A DNA stretch of 64,000 nt. Source: Anaerolineales bacterium UBA2181 (GTDB lineage: Bacteria > Chloroflexota > Anaerolineae > Promineifilales > UBA4811). Location of the stretch: the NCBI GenBank assembly GCA_002328075.1, contig DCVT01000044.1:260969-324968 (forward strand), read 5' to 3'. The notes beneath the pieces were generated by a model. That model did not search any database. It was not told the DNA's origin and worked only from the letters and a program-made list of their open reading frames with translations. Made by a program: the position numbers and the translations under genes. Of the stretch, positions 23,997 to 34,013 are shown in pieces (position 1 is the first letter of the stretch; the number at the start of each line of letters is the position of its first letter).

Positions 23997-25751
23997 GTGG
24001 TGGAAAAAACACGCAACCGGTGGATGTTCGCCGGCTTTGTCTTGTTGGCTTTGATCGCTATGTGCGGCTGTAGCGTGGAACCACCCCGCGGAAGGAAACC
24101 GTCGCCGGATTGGAGCCGGGGGCACTACCTAGGACAGTTTGTCAGCGGTTCCACCACCGTTGCCCTGGACCAGACAGGCGGTGATGTCTTGGCTGTGTGG
24201 CCGATCCGGATTCGAGGCGAATCCGCCATCCAGTTCGTCAGGTTCACCAACGATGCCAAGCTACTGCAAGACCGAGAGTTGGACCTGCCGGCAGGGAATC
24301 TGCGGTCGCCCAAGCTGCTCAAGGCCGCCGACGGCCGCTTTCACCTTGTCTGGGCAAGCCGCGTCGCAGGTCGGGCCAACTGGGTGCTGTCGCACTGCTT
24401 GCTCGACAACGACGGAACGGTGATCAGTCCGATTACCCAATTGAACGCAGAGAACTCTCAGATTGGTGGCTACGACGCCTGCTCCGACTCGGCCGGAAGG
24501 TTGTTCGCCGTCTGGGACAATGGCGACGCCGGCGGCATATCTGGCGCATGGATTGGTTCGGATGGGAACCTAGAAGCAGCGCCGTTCACTGTGGCTGACG
24601 GTGGGCAACGTCCATCCGTCAGGGCAGACAACGCTGGAGTTTGGCACCTGGCCTGGTTGGACGCCACGGCAATCCTGTACCAGGCAGTCCCGGCCACAGA
24701 AGGTCATACCGTACCAATCCCGGTGGCCTATCGTGGCGGCGGCACAGGAGTCTCGCTGGTGGGACCCGAGATCGGCCTCTCGGACGGCTGGGTTTATGTC
24801 CTCTGGTATCTCCAGAATCAATCCGGACTGGAGGCTGGGACAGCCCGGACCGAGTTCGTTGCCTTTCCCAAGGGATCGCCCAATGCTGCGAATCCACTGA
24901 CGGTGGGGCTCTCCCGTGCCGAGGTGCTCGAATACCAAGCCTACACAGGCGACCTTGCGCTGACGCAGATCGTTCTGCCGGCTTTGCCCCAATTCCAGAG
25001 CGACTTTACCTATGGCCCAGAGGCCGCTTACGGTGAGAGGACCGAGTTAGCAGTGGCGCTCACCGTCTACCAGGAGTACCAACAGGAGGTGTATGCGCAG
25101 ACGGCGGTGGCCCTTTTCAAAAACGGCTCGATGATAGGCTACCAACCGGCTTCAAAGACCGAAGGGCTTTCCCAAGAGGCCGCGCTGGCGACGGACACGG
25201 CCGGAAACCTGTATATGACCTGGCGGGAAGGGGCTGGCGGGAATCGCGTTTATTATGCCACATCCAATCCGACTGCCCGGGCCAGCCTCGACCGTCTGGA
25301 TTCGCAGGATGTCCTCCAGGCCACGCTTCGCGGCAGCATGGAGGGTCTGTCCAGCCTGGCGATGCTTCCGTTTGCGCTGGTATGGCTGGCGCCGGGATTC
25401 ATCCTGCTGATCCTCGTCGAGATGGTCTGGCCACAGGAAAGGCAATCACACGAAATCAACCGGGTCATCCTGAGCATAGCCGTCATCGTCTACATCGCGT
25501 TCAAAGTGCTTCTGTTCCCCACCATCATCACTTACGTGCCCTTGACCGCGTGGTTGGACCTACCGGCAGCCGTGGGTGCAGCGCTCCAGGTGGTGGTCCC
25601 GGTTTTGACGTTGGGTCTGGGTCTACTGGTAGCCCTTCTGTTGCGCCGGAACCGGTCCGAGTCCAACCTGTTGTTCTACGTCGCGACGACGGGTGTGGAT
25701 GCAGTCCTCACCCTGATGCTGTACGGAGTGAATTTTTGGACCCTTGTCTGA
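23997..25751 (+). CDS. lipoprotein with repeated beta-propeller-like blades and C-terminal TM helices, function unknown
   Basis: AGGAGG SD 6 nt before the GTG. Lipobox LIAMCGC. A recurring blade-like motif appears (FHLVWAS, LFAVWDNGD, WHLAWLD, VYVLWYL, LYMTWREG). About four TM helices lie in the last 150 aa or so. Confidence 0.6.
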   Translation: MVEKTRNRWMFAGFVLLALIAMCGCSVEPPRGRKPSPDWSRGHYLGQFVSGSTTVALDQTGGDVLAVWPIRIRGESAIQFVRFTNDAKLLQDRELDLPAGNLRSPKLLKAADGRFHLVWASRVAGRANWVLSHCLLDNDGTVISPITQLNAENSQIGGYDACSDSAGRLFAVWDNGDAGGISGAWIGSDGNLEAAPFTVADGGQRPSVRADNAGVWHLAWLDATAILYQAVPATEGHTVPIPVAYRGGGTGVSLVGPEIGLSDGWVYVLWYLQNQSGLEAGTARTEFVAFPKGSPNAANPLTVGLSRAEVLEYQAYTGDLALTQIVLPALPQFQSDFTYGPEAAYGERTELAVALTVYQEYQQEVYAQTAVALFKNGSMIGYQPASKTEGLSQEAALATDTAGNLYMTWREGAGGNRVYYATSNPTARASLDRLDSQDVLQATLRGSMEGLSSLAMLPFALVWLAPGFILLILVEMVWPQERQSHEINRVILSIAVIVYIAFKVLLFPTIITYVPLTAWLDLPAAVGAALQVVVPVLTLGLGLLVALLLRRNRSESNLLFYVATTGVDAVLTLMLYGVNFWTLV

Positions 25752-25817
25752 CGCGTCCGCAGGCCAGAGATTGGTTGATTCGATTTCGCTAGACGTCCTG
25801 TCGGCCGGGGCGGCACA

Positions 25818-26852
25818 TCACGTCGCGCTGCCTTGCGCCAGGCGCCAGCCGTACTGCTGGCAGTAATACTCTTTGTATTCGCCGGTCTTGATCTTGCGCC
25901 ACCACCACTCGTTGTCCACGTACCACCTAACGGTCAACTCGATGGCTTGGGCGCAGGAGTGCTCTGGTTCCCATCCTAGCGCCCTAATCTGGCTCACGTC
26001 AACGCTGTAACGCCGGTCATGGCCCTCGCGGTCGGGCACCCGCCGAATCAGCGTAGAAGGTTTGCCCAGCAGCTCCAGGATCAGGTGCGTCATGTCTAGG
26101 TTGCGCATTTCCGTGCCGGTTCCCACGTTGTAGATCCGCCCCGGTGTACCTTGACGCAGCACCAGATCCACCGCCTCGCAATGGTCCAAAACGTACTGGT
26201 AATCGCGCACCTGCAGCCCGTCGCCGTACAACGGAAGTGGTTCATCGTCCATTGCATTGGTCACAAAAAGCGGCACCACCTTCTCCGGATACTGATACGG
26301 GCCAATGTTGTTGGTACCTCGGGTGATGGTCACCGGCAGGCCGTAGGTGACGTGATAGGCCTGCACCATCAGGTCTGCGCCCGCCTTGCTGGCTGCATAC
26401 GGGCTGCGCGGCGCCACCGGATCCGTCTCGCGGGACGCGCCCACGGGCACATCTCCATATACCTCGTCGGTAGAGATCTGGTGAAACCGCTCCACGGCCA
26501 ACTTGCGTGACGCCTCCAACAGGACATACGTGCCATACACGTCGGTGCGGATAAAGGAATCCGGATCCATGATGGACCGATCCACATGCGTCTCCGCGGC
26601 AAAATTGACCACGGTGTCAAGCTGATAGGTCCGGATGGTCTCTTCTACTGCCGCTGCGGTGCAGATATCGCCCCGCACAAATTCGTAACGCCCGGCGAAC
26701 GCGTCACCCAGGTCACGAAGGTTATCCAGGTTCCCGGCGTAGGTCAGTTTGTCATAGACCAGTACGAACAGGTCCGGGTACCGCTGTAAAAGATGACGGG
26801 CAAAATTGGAGCCAATAAAACCGGCCCCACCAGTGATCATCAATCGTTTCAT
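25818..26852 (-). CDS. rfbB: dTDP-glucose 4,6-dehydratase
   Basis: MKRLMITGGAGFIGSNF, catalytic YAASKAGADL, and overall RmlB-like sequence over 344 aa. Confidence 0.95.
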   Translation of the reverse strand: MKRLMITGGAGFIGSNFARHLLQRYPDLFVLVYDKLTYAGNLDNLRDLGDAFAGRYEFVRGDICTAAAVEETIRTYQLDTVVNFAAETHVDRSIMDPDSFIRTDVYGTYVLLEASRKLAVERFHQISTDEVYGDVPVGASRETDPVAPRSPYAASKAGADLMVQAYHVTYGLPVTITRGTNNIGPYQYPEKVVPLFVTNAMDDEPLPLYGDGLQVRDYQYVLDHCEAVDLVLRQGTPGRIYNVGTGTEMRNLDMTHLILELLGKPSTLIRRVPDREGHDRRYSVDVSQIRALGWEPEHSCAQAIELTVRWYVDNEWWWRKIKTGEYKEYYCQQYGWRLAQGSAT

Positions 26853-27928
26853 GCCGCACCGTTCAAAATGCCAACCTGGCTGTAATCACCCAACATCAGT
26901 TTGTGCGCCTTGGGTTTCATCGGCGAACGCTCTATCACCACCCACCGGCCGATCAGGCTATCCTGTATCCGCGCTGGGATATCGCTGATGCGGCTATTTT
27001 CCAGCACTATGGACCGCTCAATTTCGCTGTTGGTGATAGTCACCTCGTGGTAGATGGACGTATATGGTCCCACGTAGCTGTTGACAAGGCGCGTGTTGCG
27101 GCCAATCGCCGCCGGACCCCGCACAACGCTGTTGATAATCTCGGCCCCGCGCTCGATGGTCACATGGTGCCCCACCTGTGAGTCTCGATCCACGTACCCA
27201 TCGACAACGTGCTGCATCTCCTCCAACACCAAGCCGTTTGCCTCCAGCAGATCCTCCATCTTCCCGGTGTCAATCCACCAACCCTGGTGCACATAGGGGT
27301 ACACTCGATAACCCGCGGTCACCAGCCACTGGATGGCATCGGTGATTTCGAGTTCGCCGCGCCACGACGGTTGAATGTTTTCCACTGCCTCGAACACGTG
27401 ATGATCGAACATGTAGATGCCCACGAGCGCCAAATCGCTGGGCGGATTCTTGGGCTTTTCCACCAGCTGAACAATCCGACCATCGTCGCTCAACTCGGCA
27501 ACCCCGTAACGCTCTGGATGTTGAACCCGCGTCAGGACAATCTGGCTGTTCCAGTCGCTCTGGGCAAACTGGGCGATGAGGGGACTGATCCCACCCTGAA
27601 TCACATTGTCGCCCAGGAACATGACAAACCGGTCGTCGCCCAGGAAATCACGCGAGATCTTGACAGCGTGCGCCAGGCCGAGCGGCGCATCCTGATGGAT
27701 GTAGGTGATGTCAACCCCCCAGCGGTTGCCCAAACCAACCGCCTGGCGGATCTCTTCGGCAGTGTCGCCCACGACGATGCCGATTTCGCCGACCCCGGCT
27801 TCACGAATCGCCTCAATCACCCGAAATAGCACGGGTTTGTTAGCAACCGGGATTAATTGCTTGGCACTGGTAAAGGTAAGGGGGTACAGGCGGGTCCCCT
27901 TCCCGCCGGCGAGGATCAGACCTTTCAT
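26849..27928 (-). CDS. glucose-1-phosphate thymidylyltransferase, long form with C-terminal left-handed beta-helix
   Basis: Internal ATG (MKGLILAGGKGTRLYPLT) of ORF 26849..28129. It overlaps rfbB by 4 nt. Hexapeptide repeats occupy the C-terminal third. Confidence 0.9.
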   Translation of the reverse strand: MKGLILAGGKGTRLYPLTFTSAKQLIPVANKPVLFRVIEAIREAGVGEIGIVVGDTAEEIRQAVGLGNRWGVDITYIHQDAPLGLAHAVKISRDFLGDDRFVMFLGDNVIQGGISPLIAQFAQSDWNSQIVLTRVQHPERYGVAELSDDGRIVQLVEKPKNPPSDLALVGIYMFDHHVFEAVENIQPSWRGELEITDAIQWLVTAGYRVYPYVHQGWWIDTGKMEDLLEANGLVLEEMQHVVDGYVDRDSQVGHHVTIERGAEIINSVVRGPAAIGRNTRLVNSYVGPYTSIYHEVTITNSEIERSIVLENSRISDIPARIQDSLIGRWVVIERSPMKPKAHKLMLGDYSQVGILNGAA

Positions 27929-28069
27929 GTCTTTGCTCCTTTGCAGGTTTTCCCAGATTGTACTGGTGCAAGCGATAAAGTCAAGCAGGTGTCGGTGTTG
28001 CGGATGGCACCCAACGGCCAATCGTGTGGGTACCGGACGGTCGTTGCCAAAACAAGGATCCGTAGGCGC

Positions 28070-28097
28070 TTGCCCGCGCGCCTGCAGGGTGTATAAT
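28070..28097 (+). promoter_or_regulatory. promoter TTGCCC-16-TATAAT placed 8 nt from the ATG (leaderless candidate)
   Basis: TTGCCC at 28070-28075, TATAAT at 28092-28097, ATG at 28106. No SD. Confidence 0.45.
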
Positions 28098-28105
28098 GAA
28101 ATCGG

Positions 28106-28714
28106 ATGGAGCTCCTCATTGCCACCCATAATCCGGGCAAGTACCGGGAATACGCCCGACTGCTAAGCGGGCTGCCCGTGCGTTGTATCAGCCCGGCCGC
28201 GGCAGAAACCTTGCTGCACGTGGATGAGAGCGGGGCCAGCTTCCGTGAGAACGCGAGCCTCAAAGCGGTGGCAAATGCAGTCGCCAGCAACCGCCTGACG
28301 CTGGCCGACGATTCAGGGCTAGAGGTGGACGCTTTGCAGGGACGGCCGGGGGTGCATTCAGCTCGTTACGGCGGTCCTGGCCTGACAGATACCGAACGCT
28401 GGCAACTATTGCTCAGCGAGATGAAGCGGGTTCCCTGGGCGGAACGGACCGCCCGATTTCGATGCGTGATTGCCCTGGCAACACCGTCAGGACAGGTGCG
28501 CGTGGCCGACGGCTGCTGCGAGGGGTTGATTGCTTTTCAAGCAGCCGGCGACAACGGCTTTGGTTACGACCCTATCTTTTGGCTTCCCGAGCTCGGTTGC
28601 ACCATGGCCCAACTGGACGAGGAAACCAAAAACCAAATCAGTCACCGCGCCCGGGCGGCATCGCTTGCCCGACCGTTGATAGATCGGCTCGCCCGGGCAG
28701 CGGGCAGCTCTTGA
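28106..28714 (+). CDS. rdgB: non-canonical purine NTP pyrophosphatase (RdgB/HAM1 family)
   Basis: MELLIATHNPGKYREY, ADDSGLEVDAL, GFGYDPIF, and ISHRARA near the C-terminus. Confidence 0.9.
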   Translation: MELLIATHNPGKYREYARLLSGLPVRCISPAAAETLLHVDESGASFRENASLKAVANAVASNRLTLADDSGLEVDALQGRPGVHSARYGGPGLTDTERWQLLLSEMKRVPWAERTARFRCVIALATPSGQVRVADGCCEGLIAFQAAGDNGFGYDPIFWLPELGCTMAQLDEETKNQISHRARAASLARPLIDRLARAAGSS

Positions 28715-28755
28715 CCCATTTGTGCCACATCCTTACCTATGCTATACTCTAGGAT

Positions 28756-28787
28756 GCACCGCCTCGAACGGAGACGGTGCTTTTGTG
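28756..28787 (+). terminator. intrinsic terminator-like hairpin plus T-tract after rdgB
   Basis: GCACCGCCTC-gaacg-GAGACGGTGC (10-bp stem, one mismatch) followed by TTTTGTG, 42 nt after the rdgB stop. Confidence 0.55.
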
Positions 28788-28821
28788 AGTTGGTGATTGC
28801 GATGGACGAGGAGATTGTGTA

Positions 28822-30255
28822 GTGAGCCGTAGAGGCGCTATTGTATGGATTGAATGGGGGGCGATCATTGTGACTGTGGTCGCGGTAGCCATGCTGGTTG
28901 TCCAGCTAAACAGCTACTCCAATTTCCGCGAGCGCTTTCCGGCCGGGCTTACAGTTGCCGACGTGCCAGTTGGCGGTCTGACACAGGAAGACGCCGCCCG
29001 ACAGCTCTCGGCTGTCTACAGCTCAGAGGTCGACCTGTATTATCAAGGCGAGCGTATCCCGCTGAATCCGGCCGATGTTGAATTCACGCTGGAACTGACA
29101 ACGATGCTCCGGGAGGCAAGCGAGCAGCGCGATGCGATCAAGTTTTGGCCCGGTTTTTGGAATTACTTGTGGAATCGCCCGGTAACGGTCAACCCGGTCA
29201 CCCGCCTGGCCACTTACTCGGAACGCCGCCTGCAGGCGATTCTGGCCAGCATAGCTGCCGGCTACGATGAACCTGCCCAACCCCCAGTGCCTGTTCCGGT
29301 AACGCTGAGCTTTCAACCGGGAGCACCGGGTTATCAGCTGAACATCGAGGCGTCCATGCCACTGGCAGCCAAGGCGCTGTTATCACCCACCAACCGGCAA
29401 GCCACGCTGGTGGTGGACCAGATGGCTCCGCTGCCACCGAGACTGCCGATCCTCGGCCGACTGTTGGAAAACCATCTGGCAAGTTTCGCCGGAGTGCACG
29501 CGTTCTATATCATTGACCTCCAGACTGGGGACACCTATGGCAAGAACCAGGACGTCGCCTTTTCCGGAACCAGCATTGTCAAAATCCCCATCATGCTGGA
29601 GGTCTTTCGCAAGTTGGACCACGCGCCGAACGTGGAGGAGACCAGGCTCCTGACGCAGACCATAACCGAAAGTGGCAACTATACCGCCAATTTGCTGCTC
29701 GACGTCATCGCGGGAAAAGACGACGGCATGCTGGGCGCCAAAATCCTGACCGAGTCCATGTGGTACCTGGGACTCAAGAACACATTCATCGCGGTACCTT
29801 ACGAAGAGGAGATTCCCGGAACATACGCTACACCGGCCAACCAGCGCACCGACATCAACACCCTCCCGGACCCCAAGATGCAGACGACGCCCGAAGATAT
29901 CGCCACGCTGCTGGAGATGATTTACCAATGCGCAGCCGGAGGCGGCACCCTACTGGCGGCTTATCCCGGTTCCATCACGCCCGATGAATGTCAGTATATG
30001 ATCGAACTGCTCACGCAGAACCGGATCGGATCACTCATCGAGGCCGGCGTCCCTGAAGGGACAACCGTAGCGCACAAACATGGCTGGACGGCCGAGACTC
30101 ACGGCGATGCGGGTATCGTCTTCTCGCCCGGTGGCAACTATGTGCTGGCCGAGTTTCTGCACACCCCAGGCTGGCTGGAGTGGCAAATCAGCTCCCCTCT
30201 CTTGGCAGAGATCTCTCGGGCAACCTACAGCTTTTTCAACCTGCAGGAACGCTGA
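28822..30255 (+). CDS. membrane-anchored class-A beta-lactamase-like serine hydrolase
   Basis: GTG start and an N-terminal TM helix. SxxK in FSGTSIVKIPIM and a KxG triad-like HKHGWTA. About 200 aa of N-terminal extra domain. Confidence 0.7.
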   Translation: MSRRGAIVWIEWGAIIVTVVAVAMLVVQLNSYSNFRERFPAGLTVADVPVGGLTQEDAARQLSAVYSSEVDLYYQGERIPLNPADVEFTLELTTMLREASEQRDAIKFWPGFWNYLWNRPVTVNPVTRLATYSERRLQAILASIAAGYDEPAQPPVPVPVTLSFQPGAPGYQLNIEASMPLAAKALLSPTNRQATLVVDQMAPLPPRLPILGRLLENHLASFAGVHAFYIIDLQTGDTYGKNQDVAFSGTSIVKIPIMLEVFRKLDHAPNVEETRLLTQTITESGNYTANLLLDVIAGKDDGMLGAKILTESMWYLGLKNTFIAVPYEEEIPGTYATPANQRTDINTLPDPKMQTTPEDIATLLEMIYQCAAGGGTLLAAYPGSITPDECQYMIELLTQNRIGSLIEAGVPEGTTVAHKHGWTAETHGDAGIVFSPGGNYVLAEFLHTPGWLEWQISSPLLAEISRATYSFFNLQER

Positions 30256-33200
30256 TCGCCGCGGGCTGATCGCGCTTGATCGCTACCACCGTCAGGTCAT
30301 CGAACTGCGGGGTGTCACCGACAAACTGGCGCACGGCGCCCTGAATACCCTGAACGACGCCGGACGCGGATAGGTGCCGATGGGCACAGACCGCTGCAAT
30401 CAGCCGGTTGATCCCAAAATCATCTCCGATGGCGGACAAGGCGTCGGTGATGCCATCAGTGTAGAGCACTACCAGGTCCCCCGGATTGAGTAGCAGCCTG
30501 TTGTTTTCCATGGCGATGTCAGGCAGGACTCCCAGGATCATGTTGTTCTCAGTAAGAACCTGGGCCGATCCGTCAGACCGCACGCAGATGGGCGGGTTAT
30601 GGCCAGCATTGGCGTAGGTGATCACGCCACTGGCAGTTTCCCAAACCGCGTAAATAGCGCTGACGAACAGGTCAGATTGGGTGTCCTTGAGCAGCAGATC
30701 ATTGACACGCTGCAAGCTGGCGGCCGGATCCACCCGGCTGAGTCCAATCGTCCGGATCAGCGTGCGGGATAACGCCATGTACAGCGCGGCGGGAACTCCC
30801 TTGTCCGCGACATCTGCAATCACCACACCCCATTTGCTCTGTCCCTCGTCGGCGGGCATCAAAAAAAAGTCGAAAAAGTCGCCGCCCACGTGCCGCGCCG
30901 CCTGCCACAGCGTATCCACGCTCCAGCCCGGTTCGATTGGCCGGATCTTGGGCAAGAAACTGGTCTGAATTTCGCGGGCCAACTCTAGCTCTCGCTCCAT
31001 CCGTTGCCGCTCGGCCGCTTCCTCGTAAAGTCGATCGTTCTCGATCGCGGTTGACGCCTGGTGGGCAATGCCACTCAGGATGTTCTGCCGCCGAGCACCC
31101 AGTGGCACCCCGCCAGCCGGTAGCGATACCAGCAACGCGCCAACCGGCACCTGCCGGGCCACCAGTGGAATTGCCAGAACGCCATCGGTCTCAAACAGGT
31201 CCAGCCAGACCTCGGGTAATCCAACACGGTAGCCAGACCCGATCCCAACCGGTTCGCGAGCCAGCCGCAGCGCGTTCATCAGGGAATGGGTTGTTGGATT
31301 CTGGAGAGAATGCTGCAGCAGTTCGAGCTTGCCGATGGCCAATCCATATCCGGGCCCGGATGAGAATACTTGGCTATTCGGGCGGTACCGTATCACCACG
31401 CACTGCTCCACACCCGCCAACAGAGGAGCCAACCGAACCACGGTGGAGAGTATCGCCTCCAAGTCGGTGAGCTGGTTCACCGCTTCGGCCACCTGCAACA
31501 GGGCAATGGTAACGTACGCTTCCTCCTGTTGCGCAGCGAATAGCTGGGCATTATCAATTGCCAACGCCGCCTGGTTGGCGATTCCGCTCATGAGGTGCGC
31601 TTGTTTACGAATCATCTCGGCAGCAGCCGTCTCGCCCGAGACCAGCATGGCACCAATCAGCGCCCCTTTGGTCATCAACGGGATGAGCAAGAGCCAGGCA
31701 TCCAGCCCGAAATAGTCAAATAGATGGGCCGGCAACTCGACCAGCGCTTCAGCCCCCCCCAGAATGATCGGTCGTGGCCGGTTTTTCAGGGCCGCCAAGG
31801 GCGCCCAGGCCGTCAGCGGCATCACCAAACGGCCGAACTCCTCGGACAGGTCCGCGTCACCACCGGCCAGGCGGCTACCCCGGAAACCGGATGCCTCCTC
31901 GTCCCAGAGCAGGATGCCGCAACGAGCCACTCCCACTAGCTTGAGCGTCATCTGGGTCACGGCGTTCAGAACCTGATCCAGTTCGGTGAATTGACTGGTC
32001 GCCTCAGCAACACTGAGCAGCGAAGTAGACACCCACGCCTGTTCACGCTGCAACGCATACAATCGGGCGTTGTCGATGGCTACTGCCGCATGTCCGGCAA
32101 AGGTGGCCAGTATTGCGGCGTCTTCCGGCCGGTATCTGTGAGGCACAAGTGCGTCCGCCGTGATGAACCCAATCAGCCCCTCGCGACCAATGAGCGGGGA
32201 GCCCAGGCAGGCATGATCGGCCGGCAGTCCCAGGCGTTCGTGAAAACAGCCGGCATCGTCCGCGGCGCTGAACACCAGAGGCTGGTCACCCTCCGCGAGT
32301 CGTCTCAACCGACGCGAGTCGTTCAGTTTGAAACGGTGGCCCTCGGCGGTCACCATAGTGGGCAACCCGCGGACCGCTTTGACCACCACGACCCCGTCTG
32401 GCTCCAGCAATAGTATGGCGGAAGCGTCATAGGGCAGCACCCGGCCCAGGTCAGTCAGTATCGCTGGCAGCACCTGCTCCAACTCAAGCGACGCTGTGAT
32501 CGTCCGGGCCACCTCACCCAGCGTCTCCGCGACAGAACGTTGGTGTCGTTCAGCTTCGTACAGGCGAGCCTCCTGAATCGCTATGGCCACCTGGTCGGCG
32601 AGTACTTCCAGGGCGAAACGGTCGTCCGCGTTGAACGCACCTGGCTGATCGCTATGAAGGTCCAGAGCACCCAGCACCTGGTTTTCCACCAAAAGCGGCA
32701 CAACCATCTCAGCACGTGTGGCGGGAAGTCGGCTGAGCGGTACGTAGCGGGGGTCAGACTTCACGTCATTCACCAGCACCGTTTCCTGATGCGCCAGTGA
32801 CCAACTGATCAGGCCTTGGCCGGCTACGAGACGGACATGATCCTGGTCCTCCGGCGTCATCGTGCTGGCCTGAAGAACAGCCTGCTGGCTATCGCGGTCG
32901 CATATGTAAACGCTGGTGCTAAGGTAGCCGAAAGTCGTGCCGATCAGCTGGACCACTTGTTCAAAGAAATCACGGAGCGGAATGAGCGCACGCACCTGGC
33001 GCGCGACCTGGCTCACCAATTCGAGTTGGATTGCCCGCCTTTGGACCTGCTGGTACAGGCGCGCATTGACGATGGACGCGGCTGCCTGATTGGCGATAAC
33101 GACCAGTAGCCGCACATGGTCCTGGGTGAATGCATTGCGCGCGTAACTCTGAGCCACCATCACGCCAATACACTCGTCGCCGGTGATCAGCGGGACAAAG

Positions 33201-33661
33201 ACCGCTGAACGGGGAGGGTTGTCTCCTTGATAACCAGGGCGTGCGGGGAGCGAATCCCATTCGGCCTGGTAGTCGCTGATGAGTAGCGGCGCCTTGTTCT
33301 GGCTCACCCAACCAATGAGCCCTTCCTGCTGCTCCAGTTCAAACGCTTGGGCAAGCCGGCGCACTCCCTCTTTAACCCAGACCACAATCCGGTAGCGTCG
33401 TCCCTCAAGAAGCCCTAGCTGAAAGGTAGAGGTGTCGACAATGGTGCTGACCTGTTGCAGGATCAGCTCGTACAGTGCCTCCGCATCCAACTGAGCCTCG
33501 GCCAACACCCGTCCCACTCGTCCGAGGTTCTCTAGCTGGGCAACCCGGACCTCCAGACGGCGCCGACCCTCAAGACGACGGTTGACCAGCCAGCCAAGGA
33601 CCACCAGCGTCAGGACCAGCAAGGCCACCAGGATCAGGACGTCATGGGACGGCGGGTTCAT
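30236..33661 (-). CDS. membrane-anchored multi-GAF (about five) PP2C/SpoIIE-type serine phosphatase
   Basis: 1141 aa. N-terminal TM helix, then repeated GAF-like units (for example ALMVPLLVENQVLGALDL and VLAIPLVARQVPVGALLV). C-terminal SpoIIE block GGDFFDFF...VVIADVADKGVPAAL...VLYTDGITDA. Confidence 0.85.
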   Translation of the reverse strand: MNPPSHDVLILVALLVLTLVVLGWLVNRRLEGRRRLEVRVAQLENLGRVGRVLAEAQLDAEALYELILQQVSTIVDTSTFQLGLLEGRRYRIVVWVKEGVRRLAQAFELEQQEGLIGWVSQNKAPLLISDYQAEWDSLPARPGYQGDNPPRSAVFVPLITGDECIGVMVAQSYARNAFTQDHVRLLVVIANQAAASIVNARLYQQVQRRAIQLELVSQVARQVRALIPLRDFFEQVVQLIGTTFGYLSTSVYICDRDSQQAVLQASTMTPEDQDHVRLVAGQGLISWSLAHQETVLVNDVKSDPRYVPLSRLPATRAEMVVPLLVENQVLGALDLHSDQPGAFNADDRFALEVLADQVAIAIQEARLYEAERHQRSVAETLGEVARTITASLELEQVLPAILTDLGRVLPYDASAILLLEPDGVVVVKAVRGLPTMVTAEGHRFKLNDSRRLRRLAEGDQPLVFSAADDAGCFHERLGLPADHACLGSPLIGREGLIGFITADALVPHRYRPEDAAILATFAGHAAVAIDNARLYALQREQAWVSTSLLSVAEATSQFTELDQVLNAVTQMTLKLVGVARCGILLWDEEASGFRGSRLAGGDADLSEEFGRLVMPLTAWAPLAALKNRPRPIILGGAEALVELPAHLFDYFGLDAWLLLIPLMTKGALIGAMLVSGETAAAEMIRKQAHLMSGIANQAALAIDNAQLFAAQQEEAYVTIALLQVAEAVNQLTDLEAILSTVVRLAPLLAGVEQCVVIRYRPNSQVFSSGPGYGLAIGKLELLQHSLQNPTTHSLMNALRLAREPVGIGSGYRVGLPEVWLDLFETDGVLAIPLVARQVPVGALLVSLPAGGVPLGARRQNILSGIAHQASTAIENDRLYEEAAERQRMERELELAREIQTSFLPKIRPIEPGWSVDTLWQAARHVGGDFFDFFLMPADEGQSKWGVVIADVADKGVPAALYMALSRTLIRTIGLSRVDPAASLQRVNDLLLKDTQSDLFVSAIYAVWETASGVITYANAGHNPPICVRSDGSAQVLTENNMILGVLPDIAMENNRLLLNPGDLVVLYTDGITDALSAIGDDFGINRLIAAVCAHRHLSASGVVQGIQGAVRQFVGDTPQFDDLTVVAIKRDQPAAISVPAG

Positions 33662-34013
33662 TCAAAAGCGCACAAACGGCATCAGAGGGAAGATCATGTA
33701 TGCGGAAGACCTGGTCGAAACCGGCCATCCGAAAGATGTCATTGACCCGCGGGTTCAGCCGGCAGAGCTGGAGATCACCTCCCTCCCGTCGGGCTGCACG
33801 CCAGGCAGAGATCAATACCCGCAATCCCCCGCTGTTGATGTAACTGACCAGTTCCATGTCCACCATCAGGCGGACGTGCCCCGCAGCTGCAAGTTCGCGT
33901 AGAGCGCTCTCCAGCTGGGGAACAGCGTTGTGATCCAGCCGTCCGCGCACACCGACAGACCAAACCTCATCTCGCAGTGGAGCTGTCCAGACAACCGGAG
34001 CCGTGTCGTTCAT
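33642..34013 (-). CDS. STAS-domain anti-sigma-factor antagonist (SpoIIAA/RsbV-like), copy 2
   Basis: VSYINSGGLRVLISAWRAARREGGDLQLCRLNPRVNDIFRMAGFDQVFRIH. It overlaps the upstream kinase gene by 4 nt. Confidence 0.85.
   Translation of the reverse strand: MNDTAPVVWTAPLRDEVWSVGVRGRLDHNAVPQLESALRELAAAGHVRLMVDMELVSYINSGGLRVLISAWRAARREGGDLQLCRLNPRVNDIFRMAGFDQVFRIHDLPSDAVCALLNEPAVP

Noticed and set aside
28711-28748. TTGACC at 28711-28716 paired with TATACT at 28743-28748.
   Set aside because: The spacer is 26 nt, too long for a sigma-70 promoter. Only the extended -10 reading is retained, and at low confidence.
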